A DNA stretch of 64,000 nt from Antedon mediterranea (Eukaryota > Animalia > Echinodermata). The stretch lies in contig NC_092674.1 of NCBI RefSeq assembly GCF_964355755.1, positions 16,058,001-16,122,000 of the forward strand. The letters run 5' to 3'. The position numbers and the translations under genes were made by a program. Under the pieces are notes generated by a model. That model worked only from the letters and a program-made list of their open reading frames with translations. It made no database searches and had not been told where the DNA came from. Positions 13,476 to 25,149 of the stretch are shown here, one piece after another; the stretch's first letter is position 1, and the number at the start of each line of letters is the position of its first letter.

Positions 13476-13479
13476 TTTC

Positions 13480-13870
13480 TTTTGTAAATCCAGGAGGCGA
13501 ATTTGAATCATATATACTTTTTTTATTCAGAGACTAGGGTCACACGGTCCTCGAAGTTAATGGGTGGGTGCAACTCGGAAGAAATGAATCCAGATTATCT
13601 TCACCATGGGTCCAGATCATGAATATGTCGTCAATGTATCTAAACCAAACAAGTGGTTTATTAGGTTGGAGGGACAGAAAATTAGCCTCAAATTGTCCCA
13701 TAAATAAATTTGCGAAAGATGGCGCCATTTTTGTGCCCATCACTGTGTCATTAATTTGGAGGTAATAATCATTGCAAAAAATACAATTGTTGTTGGTAAA
13801 AATCAACATTACCAGTTCTCGTAAATGAGCTTTAGTAGGCGTTTTGCAAAATAGGTGTTCCCGAGCATTC
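13480..13870 (-). mobile_element. Penelope-like element, RT core fragment
   Basis: FCNDYYLQINDTVMGTKMAPSFANLFMG...WFRYIDDIFMIW is the PLE RT signature (QxxGxxMGxxxxPxxANLFM; RYIDD). Confidence 0.9.
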
Positions 13871-14525
13871 TGACGATCTATATTAATTTTAAAATTTAGC
13901 ATATTTTCACCATTTTAACTTACACGTGCGTAGCCTGTCACTTCTGACGTGCTCGTATAACGTAATTTCGAGTTGAAAAGTGAATCAAATATGATAATAT
14001 TACTAAAGAAAAATTGTAAAACAGAAATTGGACAAAAAGAGTGCGTATTAACGTTTAACGAGCAGTGCGCGTGCAAAAATCTGCGCACTTATGGCAATTT
14101 TTTAAACGCTTAAAATTGCCTGAAATGTACTCTAATTTCATCGAAAATAAATTTTGACAATTTTAAGCGCGCGTACGCATGCGTTATATGTGTTACGCAC
14201 GTAATTTTATTGCCATAAGATGGAATATGACCTGAAATTTATGAGTACCAAATTTTATTTAAATGTGATTCATGCTTGTAAAGATATGATTACAAACGTT
14301 ATTTCGTTAAATCGTGCGTAGACCGCGTAATTTTTGATTACGCACCGTGAAAACATAACCACATCGATTCCTGGCCATAAGGAATATACTCTGAAAAATT
14401 GACTTAGCTAGATGAAACTGATATCATATTAAGACAAGGTCATATACAAGTTAGTGTTTACCGACCAACCGACCGACCGACCAACACATAGTGAGGTGTA
14501 GGGTCGCGTTGCACGCGACTAAAAA
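13871..14525 (-). mobile_element. Non-autonomous Helentron-associated (HINE/DINE-1-like) element
   Basis: The minus strand begins TTTTTA-GTCGCGT-GCA-ACGCGAC (hairpin, 14503-14519), followed by a (GGTC)n microsatellite (14460-14482): the classic DINE/HINE 5' architecture. The other end is not clearly defined. Confidence 0.65.
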
Positions 14526-14589
14526 CAGCTTAAATGGTGGTTAGTATTGAAACTTAAATTTAGGTAGTCAGATCAGTAGAGTAATTTTA

Positions 14590-15495
14590 CCGATCTGAGA
14601 GTATGTTCCTAATGTTAAGTCCAAATGGTTTTGTGGTTTTAAGTAGTAATTCCCAATGGTTTTCTTTGTCTTTGCGAGTTTTGTCGCTCAATTTGACATC
14701 GTGGTCTAATTGCAATAACTCGGAAATTTGCAATCGAGTGACCAGTTGAATTAAAATGTTCGGCTACAGGTTGATAGCTGATCTGTGTTGTGTTATTCTC
14801 ATACGGAGCGTGTTTTTTGTTCCCCGACATACTGTTTACCACAAATATTACAGTATATGAGATAAATGACGTTTTTGGTTAGACAATTAATTTTGTCGTA
14901 TCCGAAAAATGCGGCCGGTTCGGTTTATTCTTAAATTTTTCAGTAGAGTCAACCAATGAATAGTTTTACAAGATTTGCCGCAAAGGTGACTGCCCAAATT
15001 CTGGCTGTCATGAGAGTTAATTTTACTCTTAAATTTGGATCTTACTAATATATCACATAGGTTTTGAGGTCTGTTGAACCCACAATGTGAAAACGCCCAC
15101 AAATGTGAAAACGTATGTGGGCGCTGTTTTCACATTTGGGGGTGATGCGTTTTCACATTTGTGGTTGTTTTCATGTTTGTGGGTGATTAGTTTTCACATT
15201 TGTGGTTGTTTTGACAGTTGTGGGCGTTTTCACATTTGTGGGTTTAACTAGGTCTACGAAATGCAATAATGGGTGGTTCCGGAAAAACAGTCCTGAGACG
15301 TTTTGTGGACTGTAGAATGGGCAGATGTTTCTCAATAATAATCCGTAATGGAGGCAACATAGGGTTGTGACCAATGACACTCTGGTCGAATTTGGCTGAC
15401 GTGGTTTGTACGTCAGTGTCGGACATCAAGGAATATCTTTTGCTTTTTTTTATAGCAGTTTCAATGTATTCCTTCTTGTAATTTCTATTCCGTAG
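14590..15495 (-). mobile_element. Penelope-like element, C-terminal part (thumb/linker + GIY-YIG endonuclease), degenerate
   Basis: LRIIIEKHLPILQS...FPEPPIIAFRRP|QNLCDILVRSKF, CGKSCKT, PVAEHFNSTGHS and terminal PFGLNIR are conserved PLE motifs. Confidence 0.85.
15072..15249. mobile_element. 178-bp MITE with TIRs and 5-bp TSD AGGTC (Ginger-like TGTNR terminus)
   Basis: TGTTGAACCCACA...TGTGGGTTTAACT with internal TGTGAAAAC/GTTTTCACA repeats; AGGTC at 15067-15071 and 15250-15254. Removing it restores the Penelope AFRRPQNL frame. Confidence 0.85.
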
Positions 15496-18400
15496 ATAAC
15501 TATATTATATAGAAGTCGTTTTAGATTTATTTATTTATTTATTTAACAACATATTTAGGCCTATACAGAATTATACACAATCAAGTAGAAATATACATGG
15601 TTTACATTGTATTCTGTCGACAAAAACGGATACAAATTTAAATACTTATAACAATTACAATTAATAATAACAACAAAAAATATAAACTGGAAGTTACGGT
15701 AAATGTTATAAAAAGATGAGAGAGTTATAGACTATACAATAGAATATACAATTTGTTAGCATTACTCTGTAATGTGATATATATGATTTAACATACATAA
15801 TGTTCAGTTTATTAGTAGTATGAAATATGTGTTACAATAATATTAAAGAGGATACAAAAACAGAATATTACGAAGAAAAAAAAGATAGAAGATGTAACAA
15901 AAATTGAATTGAAAAAAAATGAATGAATAAAGATGGCGCTTAACCACGAAAGATAAAAAATAAGATAAGCCTAATATCAAATTGAATGAAGTTAAGTTAA
16001 AATAGAATACCGCCAGTATTGGTATGCAACAAAATCTGTGTAGTGTAAATGTGACATTTTCTTTTCTTTTTACTGTTGTGTGTTTTTGTTATGGGTTGTG
16101 ATCTCTGGGCAATCAATTCAAATTGCGCAGAAAATTTCGAACAGCGCATGATAATTTTCAGTGTTTGATAAATTAAAGCTTATATAGGCTAAAATCTGTA
16201 TAATTTATTTTTAACAATACAGGTAAAAGAGTCAAATGTTAAAATTGGGCAAAGATTTCTTTGCGCCGTGCGCCATTTCAAATTACACAATGTTAATAAC
16301 AACAACTAATAATAATACTAATACTAATACTACAGTACTACTAATAATAATTTAAAAAATAATCATTTGCATAATTTAATTGTACTAGTTTCTCTCATGC
16401 GTTATGATATTCACAGCTTTTTGTATTCGCGCCATTGTGCAGCTGCTGTGTGCATTTACAATTTGTCAACAGAGGGCATACCATTTATAAGATGATAATG
16501 ATGTTCTTTCTGGCGTGTGTACTGTGATTTGTGACTCATGATTTAATTATCGAACCGAGAGTTGTATCATGAAGGTGTTTATTCAACGGCGACAAATACC
16601 ATAAAAGAAGGTCTACAATCTAAGAAACAGTGTATTATTTCTGTTGGCCGTTACAGAAAAAATAAGGTGATAAGTATTTATAGGAATTAACTTCCACAGT
16701 GCTAATGACGTATGTGCACCAACACCTATGGCCAGGATAAAATAAAGGTAATGTATACTAAAATCAGTCGTCATAACCATCTCGTCATTTATTAATGTAT
16801 TAATAATGTTTATTACCCATTAGGCCTAACTAGTATGTGTATACAAACATAAAAACATGGGAGACTTATCGACATGACACTCAACTCAAACAAAACCTGA
16901 CATTTTACTTACTTAATATTAATAATAGTATTATAAAATTACCATAAATGACGGTAATTGTGTACGACGCCGATCTGTAGGCACTACTTTAAAAACAAAC
17001 ATATTTTGCGTGATTAGATTATTTATAAATCAAACGTAGGTCAAACAACTATCGATAAATATTTGTGTACATTATATCTTGCTGTATGTGTAGATAGACC
17101 TATACCATAAATACAATTTGATTAGGCCTACATACTCGTTTTATGTTCTTTGTTGTTTTGTTTATACTAAAACTAAAACCTGCTCAGATTTATTCACGGT
17201 GTTGATAATTGACACGGCGTAGATATTATGGTAATTTAAGATCGTGCATTATGGATAGAGTATTATTATTATTATATATTCCTACATTATTATAATACGC
17301 TTATCATTAAATTGAGCTTTGTACGCTCGAAAAATAGGCCTCATTTTGCATAGGATACGATAGGCCTACCGTGCAGTATAATCTGAATGATTAAATCTGG
17401 AAAGATCCGAAGTAAAGAGGGCGGATGGGGGAGGGGGAGGGTTGTTATAAATTATTATTATTCAAGTCTCAATTACCTGCACAATTCTAGCGATAAGTCT
17501 TTCACCTGAATTATTTATTCATTTGTTGCTTTAGTCACCGGTAAATGATTGTTGTTATAAGCATATTCACTATAGACACAGTCTAGATACTGGTTGGTTT
17601 TAGAAGATTGTTTACATAAACAATTTCACACACCATTTTCTATAAAAACACGTTCTTTTGTTGATAGAATACGATAGGCCTGCTGATTTCACGCACCATA
17701 ATATAATATCAATGGCTATTAATTAACGTGCAGCTGCTAAGATCGCAACACGTGCGCAGTTGTTGTTGTTCTGCTAATCAAAACGTACAAATGGAAATTA
17801 ATAGTTAGGCAGAGCAGTAGGTCTACATAATATCTAATGTTGAAAGCCTGGCGAAGGTTTCAATAATTATGAGTTTTATAGGATTAGGTAGGTAGGCCTA
17901 ATCCGTAGATGTTAACCCGACCACCACATCAAAATAAAAAAACCACGAATGTTATACAGTAACCACTACCCAACTGTCATTAATTACCAACTTAACCACT
18001 AACGTAGTAAACTTCATTCATAATACAACCACACGTAGGCCTAATGACAGTTTTAAATTATTGTTTTGTATATTTTTTCATCATTTATGGCGGACTGTCC
18101 GCTCGTACATTCATTTCTTGAATACACTTGGACAAAGGTTCTATATATGTATCATGATAGTTTTACTTTAAACTTTGCCTTCATGTTGTCACCTGCCTGA
18201 TGTCCCTTTATCCGCCATATATATTTGTCTTAACATTCAAGTATGTTTAATGTAAAACTTTAGTAAGTAATTTGAGCAATTACACAATTTGGAAACTTAG
18301 AACAGCGATTTTAATAACCAACATTTTCAAACCAGCACAAAAGAATCAATATATAGGCCTATAATGTAACTTTAATTTCGGGCCTGTTTCTGCTGAGAGG

Positions 18401-18696
18401 CTAGAAAATTCGATCATATTGCGAATACGTTAATTTACTTGTTAGGAGAAATGGGACAATTTTGAATTGATTATGGTGTAAATATGAGTTCTATAATTTC
18501 TGATGTCTTTGGCTGCAAGGTTATGACCACGTGGATGCCAATTTGTTGATGAAAACAAACAGAAATGCAATTAGGAAGAGCGATATATTTACATATATCC
18601 AGTACCGTATGATTTGATATATTTCCCCCTGAAAAAAATAATTTGTTAAAATGTTTTGTTGAATATGCAATTCTAATCACATTATATTAGTTATGC

Positions 18697-18985
18697 CTAT
18701 TCACTTTGACCAAAAATTAGATGGAAAACAAATATTTAGGCCTACCTATAAAAATAGTAATTTAAAGCAAAAAAAAAAAAGGAAAAATTGGGCTGCCAGC
18801 CAATGGTTTTTTCGGTTGAATTTAACCGTTTATTTGGTTTTTTTTATAAGTGAAAACAATTATTTTCGTTTTTTTTTTCTTTGAAAGTGATTAACTTTAT
18901 TAAAACTACAAAATGGCCGCCTGTTCATAGTCTGATTGTATTAATCTTTATTTTTCATGTTTTGGGGTACAATGCATCTGTCAAA
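18697..18985 (+). repeat. Dispersed repeat, second copy at ~59190-59422
   Basis: Shared TCACTTTGACCAAAAA...TAATTTAAAGCAAAAAAA...CAATGGTTTTT...TCTGATT.TATTAATCTT...TTTTGGGG.ACAAT.CATCT. Confidence 0.75.
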
Positions 18986-21225
18986 AAAACACTGAATTTT
19001 TCATTCGCCTTTTTGCTCCCTCAAAAAAAAATCTAGGTCGTTATGTGAATCAGCAATTTAGCGGACGAGAACTAAATAATATTGGCTAGCATCAAGTACC
19101 TACACTTATCGGATTAGTTATAGAGCTGTACAAATTGACTTCATCACACTGTCTGTCAGGTATGTATAAATTCTGGATCATGATTTATTAATACCACATA
19201 TAAAATGCAATAACCGATAATATTCTGGAAGAGACCACATTATGTGCATGTTTATAACGATTGCACTCAGGCTTCTTTGTAATTTACAGTTCACGATTGG
19301 CTGTTGTCAGTTTGCCAATTTACCGGTGCCTACTCCATATAATTATAGCATAATATTATCAACAGCAATCCGATATACTGCCACAGCTCTGTTTCCGTGT
19401 ATTCATACGGTTCCGAGCTTTTTGTATATAATTTAATCTCCAGTACGTATTATTTCTTACAAGTAACAATGGATAAACATAAAGGTAAGGAACTTTATAA
19501 TATCTGTCGAAGTATATTAGATTCGTCAGGTGGGCCTCGCCTCAAAAGTAAATCCTGATTACAATACAAGTTAGACTATCAAAAAATTGGTGGCGACCAT
19601 ACTGTCATGTTGGGAAATACGTGAAAGTGTAAGTATTTGACTGGGCCTATCCCCCACCCTATGTGCAAGTAACTTAAAATAATAAATGGCATAATTCTGT
19701 AGATAAAAAATGTTCAGTTAATATTTTGTATAGTATTCAAATTTCAAATTATCGTAATTTTGAATTATAAAATAATAGTAAGTACCGTATAAATAAACTT
19801 GGCAATGATAGAATTATGGACACTGAAATAATTATAAAAGCTGCCTTCCCAATTCACGAACAGATAAGAACGGAACACACCCATCATTTCTAGCAGATAT
19901 CTGTTTAAAACCGGCTTATTATTCTGAGAAATTAAAAATTGTAAACAAAAGTGTAATAATCTAGAAGGAAATGGGTATGAGTTGCAATAAAGGAGTCGGC
20001 CTGTAGGCCAATGGTACATATAACCATTTAACCATTATCATTTTCATAACATAGTATGAAAATGCACATGCAGTACATTATAGGCTAACTAAACACGAAT
20101 GATTTGCAATTTCATTTCATTTCATAGTAACTTTTTAAAAAAGGGATAATAAACGCAGCTGGTGAACGCAGAGAATATTCTTTGCTAACAAATAAAAGCA
20201 AAACTAACTAAGTTATAAACAGAGTCTGTGTCGGTGTGTGGTTCTTACTAATATTTCTTGTCGACTCGAGCTACTGTTTTATTAGGGAGAATTGATATCA
20301 AAACAAATATCATGAAATCCATATGGCATATTGAATACAGCTTAACATTTGTACTATTTTAATTTCACTTGCAGACCTAGTCTAACAAGACCCGGATCCC
20401 CATTTAAACCTTGGAAACTTATAGCCCCACCATATATTATAATTAACATGAATTACAGTCGGAATTCAGTGCATTTTAACACTTAATTTTTCTACTGGAT
20501 TCATAAAAGCCAAACAACATGACAACCCTTAATTTTTATTATTATTCTTTGAGAAGCCAAACTTTATTTATTCTGTGCTCCCTAGCGCCTATACTAGTTC
20601 TAACGCGTCTACGTAAAAATGAATAGACAACATACTAATTTCGGTAATAGACCTTTTCTAGCAAAATGTTCATGAATATAAATAACTTGCTCATACAGTC
20701 ATATCGAAACACACTCAAGAACGATGTAATGTCCGGTGAAATAAATCTAGGCCTACTACTAAATCAGTATTGGTTAAAGCGTTCAAATTGTCCTTAAGTA
20801 TCGTTTCCGTTGTATAGTTTTGTTCCTTCCTTAAATTATACCCACGCCTGGCATACCACACGATTGTTTTCAAGATTCTATATGAGCTGTCAAACTATTT
20901 ATATTTTTCCTGTTTAATACATTGGTGGACTAAGATATCGTTATTCAGTGTTCTAAAAGGTAAATTTATTCAAATTCATTTTAGACGGCCCTTAATGTGA
21001 ATAACGTTTAATAATTATCAATACTAAAGGGTGAGCTCGCTCCCCCTCTAGGAAGTGTAGACGATGGTTCTCGGAATGATAATGTTCTCCTTGCACGTTT
21101 TCTGTCGGTTACCATTATTGAAAATGCTTGACATTCGTAAAACTAAACTACTTTGTTTCACAGTGTTTTAGTAAATTAATAACATTTTAAAGTATAGTGT
21201 TTATTGTTTGGTAGGGCCCTATGGG

Positions 21226-21590
21226 AAGGCGGAGTTCATTTGAGGGAGGTGCTTATTCGAGGGATATATGTTAAATTTTCTACTTTTAATAATATGGTAA
21301 CATTTATAATCAAATGAAATCCTCTAATAGATATGAAAAGTGGTAAAAAGGAATAACAAATGCTTTGTAAATTGTAGATAACGGTGCGATGAATTCTACT
21401 ACAAATAGTATAATTGTGTTATTATAAATGTGGATGGACGTTTATTAGATAGTTGGGTTGGGGGGTGGGGGACTATTATTCAAAGTGATGTTTTATTGGA
21501 GAGGCGTTTATTCAAATAAATACCATCCTAATAATTATTAATAAGGCGGAGTTCATTTGAGGGAGGTGCTTATTCGAGGGATATATGTTA
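21226..21590. repeat. 48-bp exact direct repeat (21226-21273; 21543-21590)
   Basis: AAGGCGGAGTTCATTTGAGGGAGGTGCTTATTCGAGGGATATATGTTA occurs twice. Confidence 0.9.
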
Positions 21591-22397
21591 TTGTGCTCGC
21601 CTATGTCAGAATTAACCATAATTTATATATAGATCAGATCGTCAATCGCACAGCAAAGACGGTAATCTTCTCCGGCACAATTTAATAAACAGATCTTTTA
21701 AACAAATATGAAGCATGCAATGTAATTTTAGTAAGTAATGTTTTATAGTGTGCAATGGTATACTTAATTTGTTGACGGAATTCATAATGTATACGATAGT
21801 CAGAGAAGCTTATAACAGTAAAAAATAGAGATTACTTTGTTGATAATAGCTCTCTGACACCATGGTAATCAGCACTACTTCTCGTAGGCCTACTCTTCAA
21901 CACATATCACATTTATGCTCCTTCATAATGATACATCCTGTAAGCCTGACTTGAATTTTAGAGTTTGCCATAGCGGTTTTTGTAATCTCACAAATGTATT
22001 TACCCTTGCCGTTTTACAAATCACATACCACTGTACGGTTTAGAGTTTTGTCCTTTTAATACAATGTGCAGGCCTACAGTGTTATTTTAGTGTTCTTATT
22101 ATGTCTTACATGGCCTAAGGTACGTTACGTAACGAAACAGGACGACGCGTGATCGATCTGTTACTAGTGTACATTTTGATTTATACATGCCTAAAGTTTG
22201 ATTCACAGTAGGAAGAAACAACGTCAGTAAGAAAATGTACCAGCGAAAGATCATTCGAGCTATCCCTTTCATTCACTTTCTTCATCTTTCAAGCTCACCG
22301 ATAATTCTTTGGAAATGAAACTCAATATAAAATTAACAATAAATCTCTAATTTATTTTTAGAAAAGAAAAACCTTCCGAAGATTAATAAACTTCATC

Positions 22398-24224
22398 ATG
22401 GAGTCAACAAGCGAGTCTTCGGCTGCTGAGGACACAGGAGCCCCTTATTCTCTATTATCAGTTGCATCAGAGTACCCATCAGATATATCTAATTCGCTTC
22501 AAGAATCGTCACCTGAATCGGTAGCATCACTTGATTCACCTAGGTCTTCTTGGCGATCAGCAAACCCAACAAACCGCCTTCTAATGCCTTCATCTTGCCT
22601 CGGCGAGGATTTTATCAATATTGACCATGCCGATAAGGTATTGGAAATGTTTCGAATTTGTAAAAATGAACAAAGGGGAACAGATTTAATTATAAAAATA
22701 AATTCGTTTGAAGTTCACTGCCACAGAGTGGTCTTATCCTCGGTCAGTAGCTACTTTTTTGATATTTTAACTTGTTCAACACAAAAGGTACGCAACGAAT
22801 ACATAGAACTAAGTGGCATTGACCCAGAAGTTCTGTTTTCATTGATTGATTACGCGTATACTGCAGAGTTAACACTACCTAAAAAGAAAATACAAGCACT
22901 TTATGAAGCCGCAAATATATTGCAATTTAGTTCAGTTGTCGACGCCTGTCGCAAACATCTTGGACGATATCGTAAACGTTCAACATCACGATCTCGCACA
23001 GTATCGTCAGAAACTACGAGAGGCAGAGCGCGAACACCTGAAGGTAGAAGATTGCTTGAAAAGAAAGATTTGTCTGTTCATCATGGAGTAGAATCACAAT
23101 TAAAGAAACGATCTGCATCCGCAAGCCGACTTAATAGTCTTTCTCATCCGAAACAGGACATAACAGTCCCTAAAATAAACGATAAGCCAAAGAGATGGTC
23201 TTCTAATACAAAACTTTATGATTCGTCACAACAAAACATTTGTAATCAGTTGAAAGGAAATCAACGAACATCTTCACATTCACGATTAAATTATTCATCG
23301 AATTCAGGCGTCAACACAAACAATATTAGACGTAATTCATTGAAGCCAAGGGACAAATTTCGTCGGAGAGACGGGATGTCAGTTGCGGCGAAATCTGCAC
23401 AAGTTCGAGATAAAAAATATGTGAATTCTGTCGTGAATTCAGATCGTGAACTAACAGAAAACACACCAACAATGGTAGACGCATCATCTCAAACGGAAAC
23501 TAAATGTAAATGTGGAGATTCGCCAAGAACAGTTTCACCGGGTAGTTTTGATTCTGGATTTCGCTCTGATAGTGCATTAAGTGTTGCTAGTTTGCCAAGA
23601 GAAAACGTCAATACGGTACAATACAAATCACACACTGCTGAAAGTGATTCCGATGATAATGTATTTGAAAATAACAATAAGGTCAAAACTAATAAAAATC
23701 CAAAGATATGTGTGAGTTCTAGCGATAAAGAAGGGGAGACCTTTGTCGGTCATCATCGACGTATATTTCAAAGTAACGCAATAGCGGAGGAATTTTCGTT
23801 TTCTGATCCAAATCATGCTAGAAAATTGCTCCGAGGCCTAAATCGACTTCGAAACGAAGAGTTATTCACAGAAGTCATGGTACGGTTCAGTTCAACAAAA
23901 CTCATGTGTCATCGGATTATGCTAGAATCTTTCAGTCCTTTTTTTGCTAAACTATTTGAACCGGAAAAGTATGGGGCTGGCATTTTGGAAGTAAATATTC
24001 CGAAACTTAAACCAGACATTTTTCGAAAACTTCTTACGTTTTTATATACGGGTAAAATAAACTTAGTTGCAAGGGATTGTGTGAATGTATTTAAGGTATC
24101 TAAGAAATTTGGATTGGAAGATGTGTGTGACGCTTGCCGTATGTTTGTTTTCCCAGATGGACGAATAACAAAAAGCAGAGAAAATTTATTAACTTCCAGT
24201 ATGGAATCATTGTTAATTAGGTAA
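22398..24224 (+). CDS. Tandem BTB/POZ-domain protein (KLHL-type BTBs, no BACK/Kelch), 608 aa
   Basis: BTB1 (~22623-22961): HADKVL...TDLIIKI...HCHRVVLSSVSSYF...LIDYAYTAEL...AANILQFSSVVDACRKHL. BTB2 (~23800-24150): HARKLLRGLNRLRNEELFTEV...CHRIMLESFSPFF...LLTFLYTGKI...VCDACRMFV. A splice acceptor lies at 22360-22361 upstream of the ATG; a possible donor AG|GTAACT at 24220/24221 overlaps the stop. Confidence 0.88.
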   Translation: MESTSESSAAEDTGAPYSLLSVASEYPSDISNSLQESSPESVASLDSPRSSWRSANPTNRLLMPSSCLGEDFINIDHADKVLEMFRICKNEQRGTDLIIKINSFEVHCHRVVLSSVSSYFFDILTCSTQKVRNEYIELSGIDPEVLFSLIDYAYTAELTLPKKKIQALYEAANILQFSSVVDACRKHLGRYRKRSTSRSRTVSSETTRGRARTPEGRRLLEKKDLSVHHGVESQLKKRSASASRLNSLSHPKQDITVPKINDKPKRWSSNTKLYDSSQQNICNQLKGNQRTSSHSRLNYSSNSGVNTNNIRRNSLKPRDKFRRRDGMSVAAKSAQVRDKKYVNSVVNSDRELTENTPTMVDASSQTETKCKCGDSPRTVSPGSFDSGFRSDSALSVASLPRENVNTVQYKSHTAESDSDDNVFENNNKVKTNKNPKICVSSSDKEGETFVGHHRRIFQSNAIAEEFSFSDPNHARKLLRGLNRLRNEELFTEVMVRFSSTKLMCHRIMLESFSPFFAKLFEPEKYGAGILEVNIPKLKPDIFRKLLTFLYTGKINLVARDCVNVFKVSKKFGLEDVCDACRMFVFPDGRITKSRENLLTSSMESLLIR

Positions 24225-24966
24225 CTTCACGTAATATTAGTAGGCCTACATAGGTTAAATACCGATTTTGACATTGTATGAAATGGTTGAACAGAAGACA
24301 CTATACTGTAAGGCGACATTAATTTTAGTTTTAAAAAACAATTTTGCTAGCGTCGTAAGTGCCTCTTAAAGCAATACGCAGCTTACAACAGTGAGTGAGT
24401 TGAGGCAATGGATGATGAATAATCTTTATGTTAACTGACGCCACAATACAGTGACGTGATATCGTGTGCTTTATAAAGGGTAACCCTCTGGCTGCGCTGA
24501 AGGTTTGCTTTTTGGCGATGGATCAGCGCAATTTTCATCCTTTAAACAAGTGCAATATCAGGGGAATTGCAATTTTCTTAACTTAACCACTGAAAGTTGT
24601 GGACTTTTGCGTTGGTCGGGCCACAGTTTGGTCTCGGGCACAGGCAACCGTAATTTCATGCCGCATAAAAAAGTCTGCGAAATGCATGCTGCTGTAAATC
24701 TTTAATTGTTTTATCGTGCCTTTCATCTATCTCTTGACTCGGCGTCAAGGATAATATCTATTTTCAAAATACATAAGGCAGCGGCCCGAGGTATAAAAAT
24801 ATTAATCTATACAAATTTGATACAATATTAATATAGTGTTTTTGTGTTTAATCGGCCCAAAGAGGAAGAACAAATCGGCACAACAATTCTTTGGAACATA
24901 CTCAGCATAGTTTACAGTGAATATATAGATGTAGTAACTTTTATTGTGGGATTCGAACTTTTTAAC

Positions 24967-25097
24967 AAACGCCCTCGATAGGGTACCATGTAAACGCCCT
25001 CGATAGGGTACCATGTAAACGCCCTCGATAGGGTACCATGTAAACGCCCTCGATAGGGTACCATGTAAACGCCCTCGATAGGGTACCATGTAAACGC
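24967..25097. repeat. Minisatellite, 25-bp unit x5.2, perfect copies
   Basis: AAACGCCCTCGATAGGGTACCATGT x5 plus AAACGC. Confidence 0.97.
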
Positions 25098-25149
25098 ACG
25101 AGGCTCCTCAGTTTACGCAAACCAGCTTTTTAGTTTTATTATTCTTGGT

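Noticed and set aside
24967-25097. CRISPR-like array (also the 34-bp repeat at 3919-4054)
   Set aside because: Units are contiguous with no unique spacers, there are no cas genes, and the context is eukaryotic.
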